A stretch of 47,453 bases of DNA, taken from a virus (lineage: Duplodnaviria > Caudoviricetes). This document shows, piece by piece, positions 15,904-28,600 of this stretch. The stretch lies in IMG/VR virus record IMGVR_UViG_3300046779_001222, positions 1 to 47,453 of that record. One strand, 5' to 3'. A program made the translations under genes and the position numbers. Every line of letters starts with the position of its first letter. Position 1 is the first letter of the stretch. The notes under the pieces are model-generated. The model searched no databases and had not been told where the DNA came from. It worked only from the letters and a program-made list of their open reading frames with translations.

Positions 15904-16668
15904 ATAGACTTTCTTTTGGTCACTGTTGACGATGCAATCAAGATCAAAACTACGAGCAATATCTCTGATTGCTGCATACGATTTACCATCTCGTAGAATG
16001 CACTGAACGGCCAGTGGTTCACCATTGAGCACTGGCCCATCTTCCCAAGCAAGTACGACTCTGTCCCCAGCGACAAGCCGAACAAAGTCACGCACAGGCG
16101 CGTAAGTCTTTCCGTTCTGCAATAAAGCAACAATGTGGTTGTCTCCGTACACAATCTTCCAATCCTGCCCAGCTTGAATCAATGACCATGGACGTATAAA
16201 ACGCACTGCGTTTTTATTACGATTTCCATACAGTGGTCGGTGGGCTACCTCATATCCATTGCGACTTCCATCGTCATTACTATTACCTTCAATGGATTTC
16301 CAAACACCATTCTCGTCCTGTCCTTCAACAATCCCAATATGAAATGCATCTTGGCGACCATTTTTTAATGTCTTTACCAAAATGACTAAATCACCAGCCA
16401 TAGGTGTTGTATGCAAAACACCATGTTTTCTAGCAACAGCTAACCAGACATCGCAGTCTGCACTAAAACATAATGGCCAGTCTAATCCAGACTTATATTC
16501 CCACTCCAAAGCAACACCACTAACAAATGATGCGCACCAATAACTACCTAGTGGTGCATTGACAGATGTATTCCACCTGTCAATCATCGGCCCACAATTA
16601 CTACCCATTGGCTCTTCTTTTATACCAATGTATTTTTGAGCTATATCTACAAATAATTGCTTACTCAT
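15886..16668 (-). CDS. Endolysin: CHAP domain plus C-terminal copper-amine-oxidase-N-like (stalk) repeats
   Basis: YWCASFVS, GDLVI, HIGIV, IEGNS; two NG/DG-KT/SY-A-P/A-V/I-RD repeats. Confidence 0.88.
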   Translation of the reverse strand: MSKQLFVDIAQKYIGIKEEPMGSNCGPMIDRWNTSVNAPLGSYWCASFVSGVALEWEYKSGLDWPLCFSADCDVWLAVARKHGVLHTTPMAGDLVILVKTLKNGRQDAFHIGIVEGQDENGVWKSIEGNSNDDGSRNGYEVAHRPLYGNRNKNAVRFIRPWSLIQAGQDWKIVYGDNHIVALLQNGKTYAPVRDFVRLVAGDRVVLAWEDGPVLNGEPLAVQCILRDGKSYAAIRDIARSFDLDCIVNSDQKKVYLKKTV

Positions 16669-19600
16669 TAGTCAACCATTCTTCCTGTTATAAAGTCACT
16701 CGGTACGGTAAATTTCGGTCCCGGCTGGCGCTCCTTAATCTTATTAAGATAATCGAGATTAATTGTGCTTTCTCGTAACACTGCTGCATCAGGAATGCCA
16801 CGTATGTTATCTGAACCCCATGCTGGATCCTTTCCATACCCACCACTTTCTGGTATTCCTAACAACAATGCGGATAGTCCAAATTTCTTTACAACTGCAC
16901 TAGCGTTCGGGTAGTTGTACTTGTATTTCTTAGTAAGAAATTCAAATTGCTTACCAGACATGCCAGCTCTTTCTTCCTTTGTAATAAGATCGTTAGTATA
17001 GTAGTCACCCATGCGTCCTTCCTGTCCAAATATCCTTGTGAATGCTGGGAACTGATACTGAACAAGGTCTGGGTTGTTATCTCCCTGAATAGGTATTGCA
17101 TGTTGTGAATAACCTAACTCTTCCATATCTTTTAATGCTGTTTGCACTTGAAGGTTGGTCAACATGGATAATGCATATCTAGATATTCCATTTGGGAAAA
17201 ATCTAGTAAGAGCTTTGATGAGAGGGTATGACGGATTATAAATAGCTGGTGACAGCTTTTTAATTTCTGCATTGTACTTATCAGCAAGGGCGTTGTTACC
17301 ACTTTGCTTTGCGTCATTCATCAGCTCCTTGTAACGTACGATCTTCCTTTCTGTATCTACCCATGTTTTTAATCCCGGCGCTTTACCTAAAGCTGCTTCT
17401 TCAAGATAAGTACGACCACTTGCGAGCTGTTTAATACCTTGTATCGGAGGACCAAACCGTCCTTCGATATTAGATTTGTATAGCTCAGATGCATACTTCA
17501 TTGCCTTTTGTTCCGTAGATGCATTAGGCTCATTTGTTGCCTGAATGTATGGAGCTAAAAACAATCGTTTATACAAAGTAAATATCGGTGGGAGTTGCCA
17601 TTGCAATGTATTAGCTGCTCTAACAACACCAAAATCAGGATTAGTTGGATCCCACCATTTTTGTTGATCAATACGTAAATTAGCAGCTAAATCAACACCC
17701 TGATCATTTAAAACAGGTGAGTTAATTTTTCGCCAATCCAAAAAGTCTATATACTTACTGTCATTTATTTCATGTAGCTGTCGGCGTTCAGCGTATAACC
17801 CCATAAGTTGCAATACAGACCCTATAATTCCAGCTTGAACAAATGAGTTAAAGAACGTTAATCCATGTTGCTTTAGCACATCCTTTGATCGCAATGACCT
17901 AAACCATTTTTGGTCAGCTGCTGTGTCAATAACGTCGAATCCAACTCCATATATATCCATCTTAGATGTTGCTGCACGAGAAACGTAGTTAACTCCCTCA
18001 GCAACATACATCTTTGCCAATGACGGTAAATATGTTTGCATCATTAAAGAGTTGAACCAGTTTGGAGACGTGTAAATAGTCCTCAATGTTTGATTAAACA
18101 AATTCTGGTTGTCAGACATCATTAAGTTGTTCCCAGTCGGATGACCTGTAACTACGTTTAAGAATGCAGCATAATCGCGCTTAGCCTGATCTCGCTGATA
18201 GTCGTATGAGTAGTCGTAACTCTGGTCAACGTATGCAGAAAACTCTAAGAACGACTTTACTCTTAGGATGTCTGTTGATAAAGCTCCTGCTCGTTCCCAC
18301 ATGTTTACAAATGGTATGCGTCTAGCCAATACGCCCTCACCAATGTTTTCAGCCTGCGTAGTTGCAATCGGCATTTCAAATGGGTCAATAGTCGGGTCAA
18401 TTAATTTAGCTGCCTCATAATTTCTAAACCAGTCGCCGTATGTTGTCTTTAAACCGTACTCGGCTAAATCATTCCATCCATACGTCTGATTGACTTGGCG
18501 TTTATGGACACCCGGTATTCCGTATCCTATGACGTTACCTTTAGTGCCATACTTATTAAGGTAGTTAAACATTTTTGCATGGTATTGCATATCACCCCAT
18601 GCTAAGTCTGGTCTGTGACCAAGTGCAAAATTCAAAAACTTACCAGCGCCAGTAGTTGGTGTTCCAAAAACTTTAGCTCCCGGTGCCCATGCGTTTGGTA
18701 AGAATGCTGATAATCCCCAAAACTGTGCTGCAAAGTTTTTAGGATTCATCGCTGTTAATCTATAGTTCTGCAGCATTACACGAGCAAAGTCTCCACTTAA
18801 GATTAATGCTTTAGCACCAGATGTAAGCTCATGATAAATACCTAAGGCTGTTACAGCACCTCGTTTAGTAAAAGGATTGTTCAAGAATGGGATACTGGCA
18901 ATACCACCTTTAGGTACTCCGACTGTGCCCGGATGTGGCGTTGGTGTACCTGTTGGCCCACTAGCGCTGAACATAGTTCTAGAAACATAGTCGTAATCCG
19001 CATCAGGAATACTCACATAGATATCTCTATCCTTAGCTGTTACTCCGACCTTGGTGACAGACGGATCAGATTCACGCTTGATAATCACACGTTGTGGTTG
19101 TGGTACTGAAAGAGCCTTTTCCAGTGCACGTGTAGAAGCAGTTTGGTTGTATTGACTCCTTAGTGCAGGATCTTGTGCTTGTTCCGGTGATAAGTCAAAC
19201 GGCATTTTAAAATATGCCATCTCCTCAGCTGTCATTTCTTGGTTATCATAATGACCTTCTTCAACACCATCACTCATCCATGTCTTTGTTCTGTTATGCT
19301 CGACACGTGGATTTTCCATTGCATCGGCAATACTTGCTTCCTTATCACCTTCAAGTAAACGCTGTCTAGCTAGTGTGTCTGTAGCATTCTTCCTCTTCCA
19401 TGCATTCGGAACTTGTCCGGTGTCATCAATCAATGCACGGCTAACTAATAACTTAGCAATATGTACTTCACGTGGAACAACCGCAGTATTACCTACGGAG
19501 TCTTTTGCTGTTTGCTCAAGTGATGGATTACTTAAGAAAGCACGTCGCAACAAGTCATTGACAGGTTGCTGTAATAACCTTTGATTGTTTACCCATACGT

Positions 19601-22600
19601 CTTGATTCTCACCTGTGATATATCCACTCTTATATGAGTGTTGCAACTCACTTACGTTGATTTTCTCGTAGGGATCACCAAATTGAGTACCCCTATTATT
19701 CATCGATTTTCCGGTTTTATTAATCCTGAAAATGCGTAAATTAGGAGTTAACTGATTACCATCCTCATCATGGGTAACATTGTCAATTCCAAATGGTCGT
19801 ACGATGTCAATGCTTCCAGATGAATTTAAAGCGTTACGCTCTTCAGGAGATAGGTTTAAATCACGCAATGCATATGGCGTTGGTTCATTTGTCGTTGAAC
19901 GCAATGCAACCTGACGGTTTGGATTATACAAAGCGAACATCTGACTAAACGGACTTGCATCAATGTATGCGCCTGTACTAACGTCACGAGCAACAGATTC
20001 TACAAAGTTACGCGGGTTGTTTAAATTGACTCTAAACGTTGCCCCGTCAGGACTTTGAATAATTACAGAGGTTGTATTTCCAGTAGCTCCTCTGAATGAC
20101 TCTTGCCCATCTAGTAGTGACCAATCTTTCCACGCATACAAAGCCCTGCCAAGTTCACGGCTTTGGGCATCCAATGTGTGAGCAACGGCAAGGAATTCAC
20201 TAAATGCACTGTTCTTAGCTTGCACTGCAGCTCGATATCTTTCACGTTCTTCAACGTCATAGACAATGTCTCCATAGTTATTTACATTGGTATCTGCAGT
20301 TAATCTCTGTAAAAACAACCGTTTGCTTTCAACGGAATTACCGTAAGCAGCATTCATAAGTGAGTCAAGTGCGTACATAGCCATAGTCGGCTTTGCAGAA
20401 TTTAACTCATATGGTGCATCGATCTTTCCAGTCTCGATGAATGGCAACAAGACGTTGTTCCACAGATTGTCGTACGACGTATACACACTTGTAAGATCAC
20501 TATTTGATAAAGATAATCGATCATTACGCAACACTTGCAACATCATGTCACGGACATGATATTCAGAACCATCCTCCAATGTAACTGAGTCAGGTATTCC
20601 AGCAAGCCCAAGTGCCCTGTCAATGCGTATGTTTGGCGATACACGCACATCACCACGAGTATTCAATGCAACATATGCATCAGCAAGTTTATTGCGTAGA
20701 ACATCGACATCACCTTCATCACCAAGCATCGACTTAAATACTGTGAACATAGCATCCATCTCAACTGAATTAGGTTCAATTGTCATAGATGTTGTCTGAT
20801 ATGTGTCAGCAGTGTCGTGTCTAAATAACATCTGCTCAGCAATGTATGGAGCCAGTACATTACTAATTTCATCATTCAATGACTGAATGAAACGCTCGCC
20901 TTCCTCAGTCAAAACTTGCTCGCCATCAATCTCAACACTAAACTCATTGAGCAACATCTTAGATACAACAGCTTCAAACTGAGCTGCTCCATCCAACACT
21001 AATGGTTGCATGGATGTACGGCTTGCCTTAATTGCCTTATATTCTGTACTCTTAAAATAAGTATCAAGAGCCTCACCCATAGGAGTTTGAGTGCGCAACG
21101 TAAATGACTTGGCATCACCTGTAAGTAATTTGCCTTGCAATTCCAATTGCTTCTTCCATCGCACGTTACCTGTAGTGTTATACACAACACGACCTAATTT
21201 GCGGGTGAGATCATATACAAGAGCAGAGAACTTAGGGTCAAACTCTTGTGTGTATCCAACAAGTATTGGGTCGTATTGACTTTGAGCATCAGGACGTAAA
21301 GCACCCTCTCCAACTAAAAATCGGAATTGCGTAGGGAAGTTCTTCTGTGCTCTAGTTGGACCACCAACACGTGCAACTGCTGGAGCCTCAACAATATATG
21401 CGTACTCATGTTGTCCAGCTACAGCGTAGTCTAAAACACGTGGATTGTCAGATTGCACACGTACCCTTGGCTTGAACCATCCGTCCTCATCAGCCTCACC
21501 ACGTACCCATATATTGTCCTTGTCAAAGAATACAGGTTCAAATCCAGCAGTAATTGCTTCATCAAATGTACGGAATCGAGTCTTGATAACCATCTCTTTG
21601 ACTTGACCAGAGAATGATCGTGATGGCATAGAGTCTGGTGATATTACATTCGTGTCGTTACGGCCATTTTCAGGGAATACTTCAACCGTAGATAACAAAT
21701 CAGGATTCTGTACTAAATACGTGCGTAATTCTGGATTTTCAAATGGCAACCATGTTGCGCCAACAGCGTCACCAATTTGACCGTCATGTTTGAACCCAAA
21801 CCTAAATCTACTACCGGCGAAATCACCAATCGTATTTAATGTCAAACTATCTTCAAGTCCAGTTATCAACTGTGTTGGAGACATAACTGCAGACCGTGCC
21901 TCCGGCCTGTTAGGTATGTTGATCCGCAAATAATCATCTTTACGCAATTGTGCAAATTCAATAGAACGTGTAAATCCACTTCGAGGATTTAACGCATTTA
22001 ATGTGAACTGCTTTGGATTATGCACACGTGTAAATTCATACTTTTGAATAGGTACACGTGAATACCAAGCTGCGTGTGGCGTACCGCTGACATCCTTAAT
22101 GATATCCAATGGACGTTTATTCGATATCTGTCGCATTACATAACGTAATGTTGACCGCATCTGCTGGAATACTTCTAATGTTGCCATATCTACAGATGCA
22201 GCAGCATTCTTTGAAATAGGGACAGTGTAGTCAGAAATAAAGTTCATCATGCTAGTAACGAACTTCTCATGACCGTGAGATATCCATCCCTCGGAAAGAT
22301 CTTGCCCATTAAAGGTTAACCCCTTAAGGGGAGCGAGTGCTTCATTAAGTGGCAATGTAGATGATTCTTTAGCAACACGAACCTGTAATGCTAAAGCCAA
22401 CTCCGCATTATTGCGCTTATCTAATACCTTTTGGATTTCCTCAATCTTGGTTGGTATTGCATCTCGTAACATTCGATTTTCTTTACGAGCTGGAGCAAGT
22501 ACTTCATTCAGCGCATCTACTGCTAATCCACCCTTGGTTGCCAGTTGATCCATGAAAGCAACCTGAGTTACATCATCCATACCAGTGAACAACGGATGGA

Positions 22601-25600
22601 ACATCTCGTGAACAAGAGTCAGTGTAGATCGGTACTTACTATTTCCATTACTACCAATGTATAGTAGCGAACCAAGTGCTTTCTTCTGATTTGTTTGCAG
22701 TGTCTGAGTAAATCCATATACATCACGCTTATCAACAAACAGTGTTGCTTTAGCGTTCGCTGTCTCTAAAATTTCATCGTTAACCAAATAAATCTTGTTG
22801 TGTGATGTGTAATACTGCTTCTTGTATTTAGCAGTCAAATAAGACATGATGTATGTTTTTTGCGCTGGGTCTAAATCAGATAAGAAGCGTGTTGCCAAAG
22901 TAGTTGGCTCCATAAGCCTTCTAATACTTTGCTCGTTAATGTTGAGTACACGCATCGCCTCAGCAATATCTGACTTAAATTCATTGCTATTGGAGTTAAT
23001 TTTGACTTCTAAATGATCAACAGCAAACGAATTTGCGTGAATGTCGTATAGGTTAGCCAAGTTATCGGCAAGTTGCTGTATTGCAGCACGTTCCATCTGT
23101 TGTTTAGTTTCAGCGGAACGTCGCGAATCTCCAGTTTCACCCATTGCGTAATCGTTATATGCATCACGAGCACGGGTTATTGCCTCAATAATTGGCTTCT
23201 CACGCTCAGTTGCGGAGTCCAGTGGAGGTAGTTGATTATTAAGGACATCATCGTAAAGCGAAACTAATTGTGCAGCCGTGTCAATAGGTACGTCTGACAT
23301 ACGCAACGGTAAGTGAGCCAAACGTATTTGTGCATGATTTACAACTGGGTCATTAGATGTAGCTGAATATGCAGATGCGTCATCGTTGCCAGACTTAAAC
23401 TGAATACCCTTTGTGTTTAATGTAGACAGTAATCGCCTTGCAGTAAATGCCGGATCACTCTCAAGACGTATGTCATAAGAAGAACCAATCTGTGCTGATA
23501 ACGGAGTATCAACTAGAGCGTTATTGGTCTCAGGATTGAGCATGTTAATAACAGAATCAATTAACGCAGCCTTTTCCTCTGGGTTTGAAATTGCAATGAT
23601 GTCATTTAAACGCTGTCGTAGATTGTCGTAATACTTCTCGACAGTCTTACCTGTAAAAGTCGCAACTTCAGGCATATTTTCAAGTTCAAATATTGCAGCC
23701 TCAACCGCAGTTTTCAGCGTTCTGTTTGCACGTGGTAGTACATCCGTCTGCAATTTACGCAAAGCCATGCGCGTAAACTTACGAACATACGTAGCAGTAT
23801 CGTCATCCATGAGTAGGTTAATGAACTTGCCATTTGCCTTCTTTAACTTTTCTGCCATATATGTTGGATCAGCATATGAGTCCGAAATAGCTTTTTTAAT
23901 AGCTGTTTGATTTTGCTCCAATGACGTGAGGGCTGCTTCAACATCTGCGTATTTAAAATTACGAGCAAGCATTGTGCGCATCAGTACACGCATACCTGCA
24001 AGGTTTTGAGCTGTGTATGCAACAATACTCTGGTCTTCTGGCTTCTCGATTGTGATCATTCCGCCAAAACTATCTGGAGATGAAATAACCTCAGCAGCAA
24101 TTTGTGGAGCATCACTAACAAATCCACGAATAGAAGGATCCATATTTTCAACTGATACGCCTAACATGTCGTCATCAGTTACATTAACAGGTTCAGATCG
24201 ATTAGAAGGATTTAGTGCATCAATAGTAGCAATAGATTTTGCTACTTCTGGGCTAATCTTGTATTTTTCTGCAAATACTTCAGGAGACAAAGATCCTAAC
24301 TGCAGTTCAATAACGTCCGTCATAGATGCCGATGCAAATGCCTCAGCCTCAGCCATGCCAGAGCGTAACCTGCGAATTTCATCCGTTGCAAGAATATTAC
24401 GCACAGATGAATCAGTAGTTAAACTACCTGCAATTTCATTGGTAACAACACTATTGGATCGTGCTAAGCTCATATACATTTGATGTAAGCTCAGCATGTC
24501 CTCGATAGATATGGATGATGGATTTAATTTCTGCAGTTCAGATTTTAATTTAACTCCAGCTGAATCCAACCGAGTGTACAACGTGTCAAGTGGTGTATTT
24601 TTTCTTTCGGTAGCATCTTGTGCATCCTTGAGTTGCTTTTGTAAGGCTTCTCGTTGAACTACCAACTCATCAATATTCCCACCATCACGACGCGCGTCAG
24701 CTAACTGTTGTTCTACTTTGCGTAATTCACCATTCCAGAATGCAACGTCTTCGTCTGGGGAGGTACGACCTTCTCCTAACGTAGCAGCCGCTTCACTTTC
24801 AGCTTCAGTAATGCCTCCATCACGCTCAAACTCGTTTGATACTACTTGTATGTCGTCTGTAGATATGATGCGTCTACGTAAGTCAACAATCCTAGACAAG
24901 AAGTCATCGATCGCTTCGCCAAGTGGTGTGGTCTCTTTGAAGCCAGAAATATCGGCACCAAATACCTCAGTACGAATAACAGCTGCGTCAGATTCACCAA
25001 TTAACTGTGTTTCTGGTTGCATCGAACGCAACATTTGTAAGGTAGTTGTAGTTAGCTTGAAAATAGAATTGAATTCTTCAGAAACTAGTCTGTCGCGTTC
25101 TGCATACAATGCTCTCTTTGCATCAATATCATCTGGATTATCGCGTTGTAAACGATCAATACGAGCACGTACATCACGCACTCTTGGACTTTGATCGATC
25201 CTGCTTTTTAAGTTTGTAAACGATCTGTCCAATCCAAACAGTTGATTGGCTTGCTTAGCAAACGTTTCAAATAACGCAATGTGCTTTCGCTGTTGCGCCT
25301 CAGATAAAGTCATACCACTTTCTTTGACAAGATTACTGAGTGACTTATCGTAGTGACGTTCAGCACTAAGTGCCTTTAAGTTTGCTGGTTGATCTTCAGC
25401 AACAACTTCACCATTGACTACAATGTTTTTCCGTAACCTAGCATCACGTGGGCCATCACTGTCGTATTCAGATAATGCCTCAATGTCGCTTGGTAGCAAC
25501 ATGTCAAGTTCTTGTACAACGGATGTAATCTTGCCGATGGCATCAGATTTCTGCTCACTTGAGAGATTTGGATTCTCTTCAATAGCGCTGATGATTTGGT

Positions 25601-28600
25601 CATGGAAGGCACGTAATTCAGGAGCATACGAAATGTTATTCGTTTGCTCTGTCTTGCCTTCTGCATCTCGCATAAAATCTCCGGAAGAGATTTTGTTGTT
25701 AATTTGATCAACAACAACCTGTGGCAAGAACGTGTCATACATATATGACATGGCTTCGTTTTGGAAGTTAATTGCTTCCAGTCTGTTAGTTCTAAGACCA
25801 CGTCGTACAGCTGTGCGAGTTGTGTCATTAGCCATGTGGTACAGAAACTCTAAACCTGCATTGCGCAGTCGAGCGTACACTACATCAGACATTTTGTATT
25901 TCTGCGTTTGTCCTTCTACTTCAACTTCACGTGTTGATGTAATAAGCTCACGAATATCTTTGACAGCCTTATCAAATTTAGACTCTGACCCCCAGAAATC
26001 AAGGACTGAATCAGGAAGAATGCTGTCACCACGGACAAGACTTCTGATACCCGCGTCTTGTGCAGCACTAATTGCCCTGCCTAATGTTGCTTGAGCAGCG
26101 TGATTTGAACCAGATATTTTTGCTACATGCCAGAGATCTTGCATGTAGTAAAACACGTGTGGTGCTATGCCACGTAAATTTTGTGCAAACTCAATAATTT
26201 TTGCCTTGCTTAAATTAGCAATGTCGGCATCCAAACTACGGACAGCAGCCTTGAATAAGTCTTCGTCGCCCATTGTCTCAGCTCGCATCATCAACATATT
26301 CATGCGACGAGCAATTTGTAACATGCCAGCTTTTTGTGAGATAGTACGTGGAGCAGCTGCAAATCTAGTTCCATTAATAGCTGCTACAGATGCCCAGATA
26401 GCATGGACACCATATAGAGTTTGGTTAAAGCCTCTATTTGAGAAGATCTCTGTTGCTTTCCTAAACTTTGCAATTGGAACTTCTTTACCCGGAGCCATGA
26501 TTTCATTCATGACTTGAGCCATCACATCATAAACACCTTCAGGTGTGTTTCGAGTAGCCCACTCAATAAGTCCTAGTTGGATACCTTCAACAGTAGCACG
26601 ACTATTAACAATCGCGTCGTAAAGAACATCGAAAATCTTTTCAGGAGAAGCATTTGCAATTTCCTGTTTACGGTCAACTGTTTCAGTTGCGGTTAATAAC
26701 CGTGCAATAGCTTCTTCATCAGACACAGTCATCTCAACTGGGCGCAATGGATTCTTATTAGCTCCAGCAGAATACTCATCAAACTGCGCACGTAGAGATT
26801 CACGGTTGATGTTTTTATCGGACAAGATAAATCTATCTGCCGAAAGTGTATATGCAGCACCAGTAGGATCAGTAATGTCTTTTACTGTAGCCATGCCGTT
26901 ATCGGCTTTTACTACAACACCTTCTGTGACATCATTTGGGTTTGTCTCGTCACTGGCAAAAAGAACTCTATCTCCAGCTTTTAACTCAACATCATTTACG
27001 TATCGACCTGTTTCTGGATCTAAACGTAAAGCTTTATCACCAGTTAATCGATTTCCAGATATTTCATCAATAAGCACGGACATGATTTGTTGTGCTTTTA
27101 CTGCATCTGGTGCATCTGATTCTAGAATCTCTCGCACAACGCCTTGTATTTCAGTTGGCATCTCAACGCGTGAGCGCGTACCGAGGTTGTGCACGTCGGC
27201 ATCAATGTAGCCTTTACCATTCTTTACAAACGACTCGGCCTGTGAAAGCACTGTCCTTGTTTGTATTTCTGGAGTTTGGGCAACGTCTGCTTCTGTTAGT
27301 GGCGCAAGCTTTTGATTTCCACTTTCTGTAATCCGACCAAGTGCTACACCGCCATCAGGTAACTGATACAAACCAATTGGTGTTTGTAATCCAATAGTGT
27401 CAACTAATCGACCGTTAACCTGTTCTGTTGTTGAGAACTGAATACGACTTGGAAAGTTTTCACTGTCTCCAATATCTAAAACAGGTTCTTTATTCGCAAC
27501 ATCACGTCGCATACCTGTTCGTGTATAGACTTCGTTAAGTGCATTGAGTAACCCTTGAGTTCCGGGTATACCAGATAGATCTTTCTGGACATCCTCAAAA
27601 GAAGCATACGTATACGTAACATCAGTGACTCGTTCGCCAGTGCGACCTGATGTGCCTTTGGATTCTTTGATGACAATGGTGCCATCTGGACGAATTACAC
27701 CAATAGCTTTTGACACGCCGTTGCGTATCCACATATTGTTTCGTGGCGAAAACTCTGACTTGAGAGAACGCATAACATTCGTTAATCGTTCGATTCTGGC
27801 GTTAGCACCAATCTTATCCTGATTAATTGGATCAATGATGCGTACGTCCTCTAGCCCTGCCTCGCCTCTATGTAGAGTTGCGTCACTAAATCGCTTGTTA
27901 TAAACAATGTATTCGGGTTGACCATCTTGTTCACCAATCTTGATGGCGTAAAACTTTTTGTCTGGCTGTTGTTCTATTGCAGCTTCCTCGCCAGCAAATT
28001 TAGCACCACGTTGCATCATGTCGTATTCAAGAGCGATTGCTGGTTCTAATTGACGTGCTAGTTGCGCAACAGCCTTCTTTCGGAATGCGGGATCAATTGG
28101 AAATAAATTCTTATTAACCTGCATTTGATGCAATGGGCTATCAAATGGCAAACTTGCATTATCTCCACGAACACGCATCTGCTTAATTGCATCGTCAGCA
28201 GTAACTGAGTTAGTGCTTTTACCATTAAGGATCTCAAAGAATATCTGGTCAAGCGATTTGATGGTTGGAGCTGATCTGTCTTGTTGTTGGAACTCTTGAG
28301 CAGCCATCTCATACACCATCGATGTAACACGCTGTAAATCCTGCGAGTTAGCAGCCCTGCCACCACGCAATGCTTCATAACGTGAATTAACACCTAACGC
28401 ATGAAAAGACGCATTATCAATCGCGTCCATGGCTGCAAATTTGGCTTGACCTTTAATGTCGGTACTTCGGTTTAAATTGTTTGCAAAAAATGGTTGCAAT
28501 CCTTTGTGTGGTCTTACTGCTACTGCTGTTAGTAAGGCTGTTGTTGCCCATTCTTTAGCAGTCGGAGCTTGAACCTTTTCGTTAAACTTAGATCCAATCG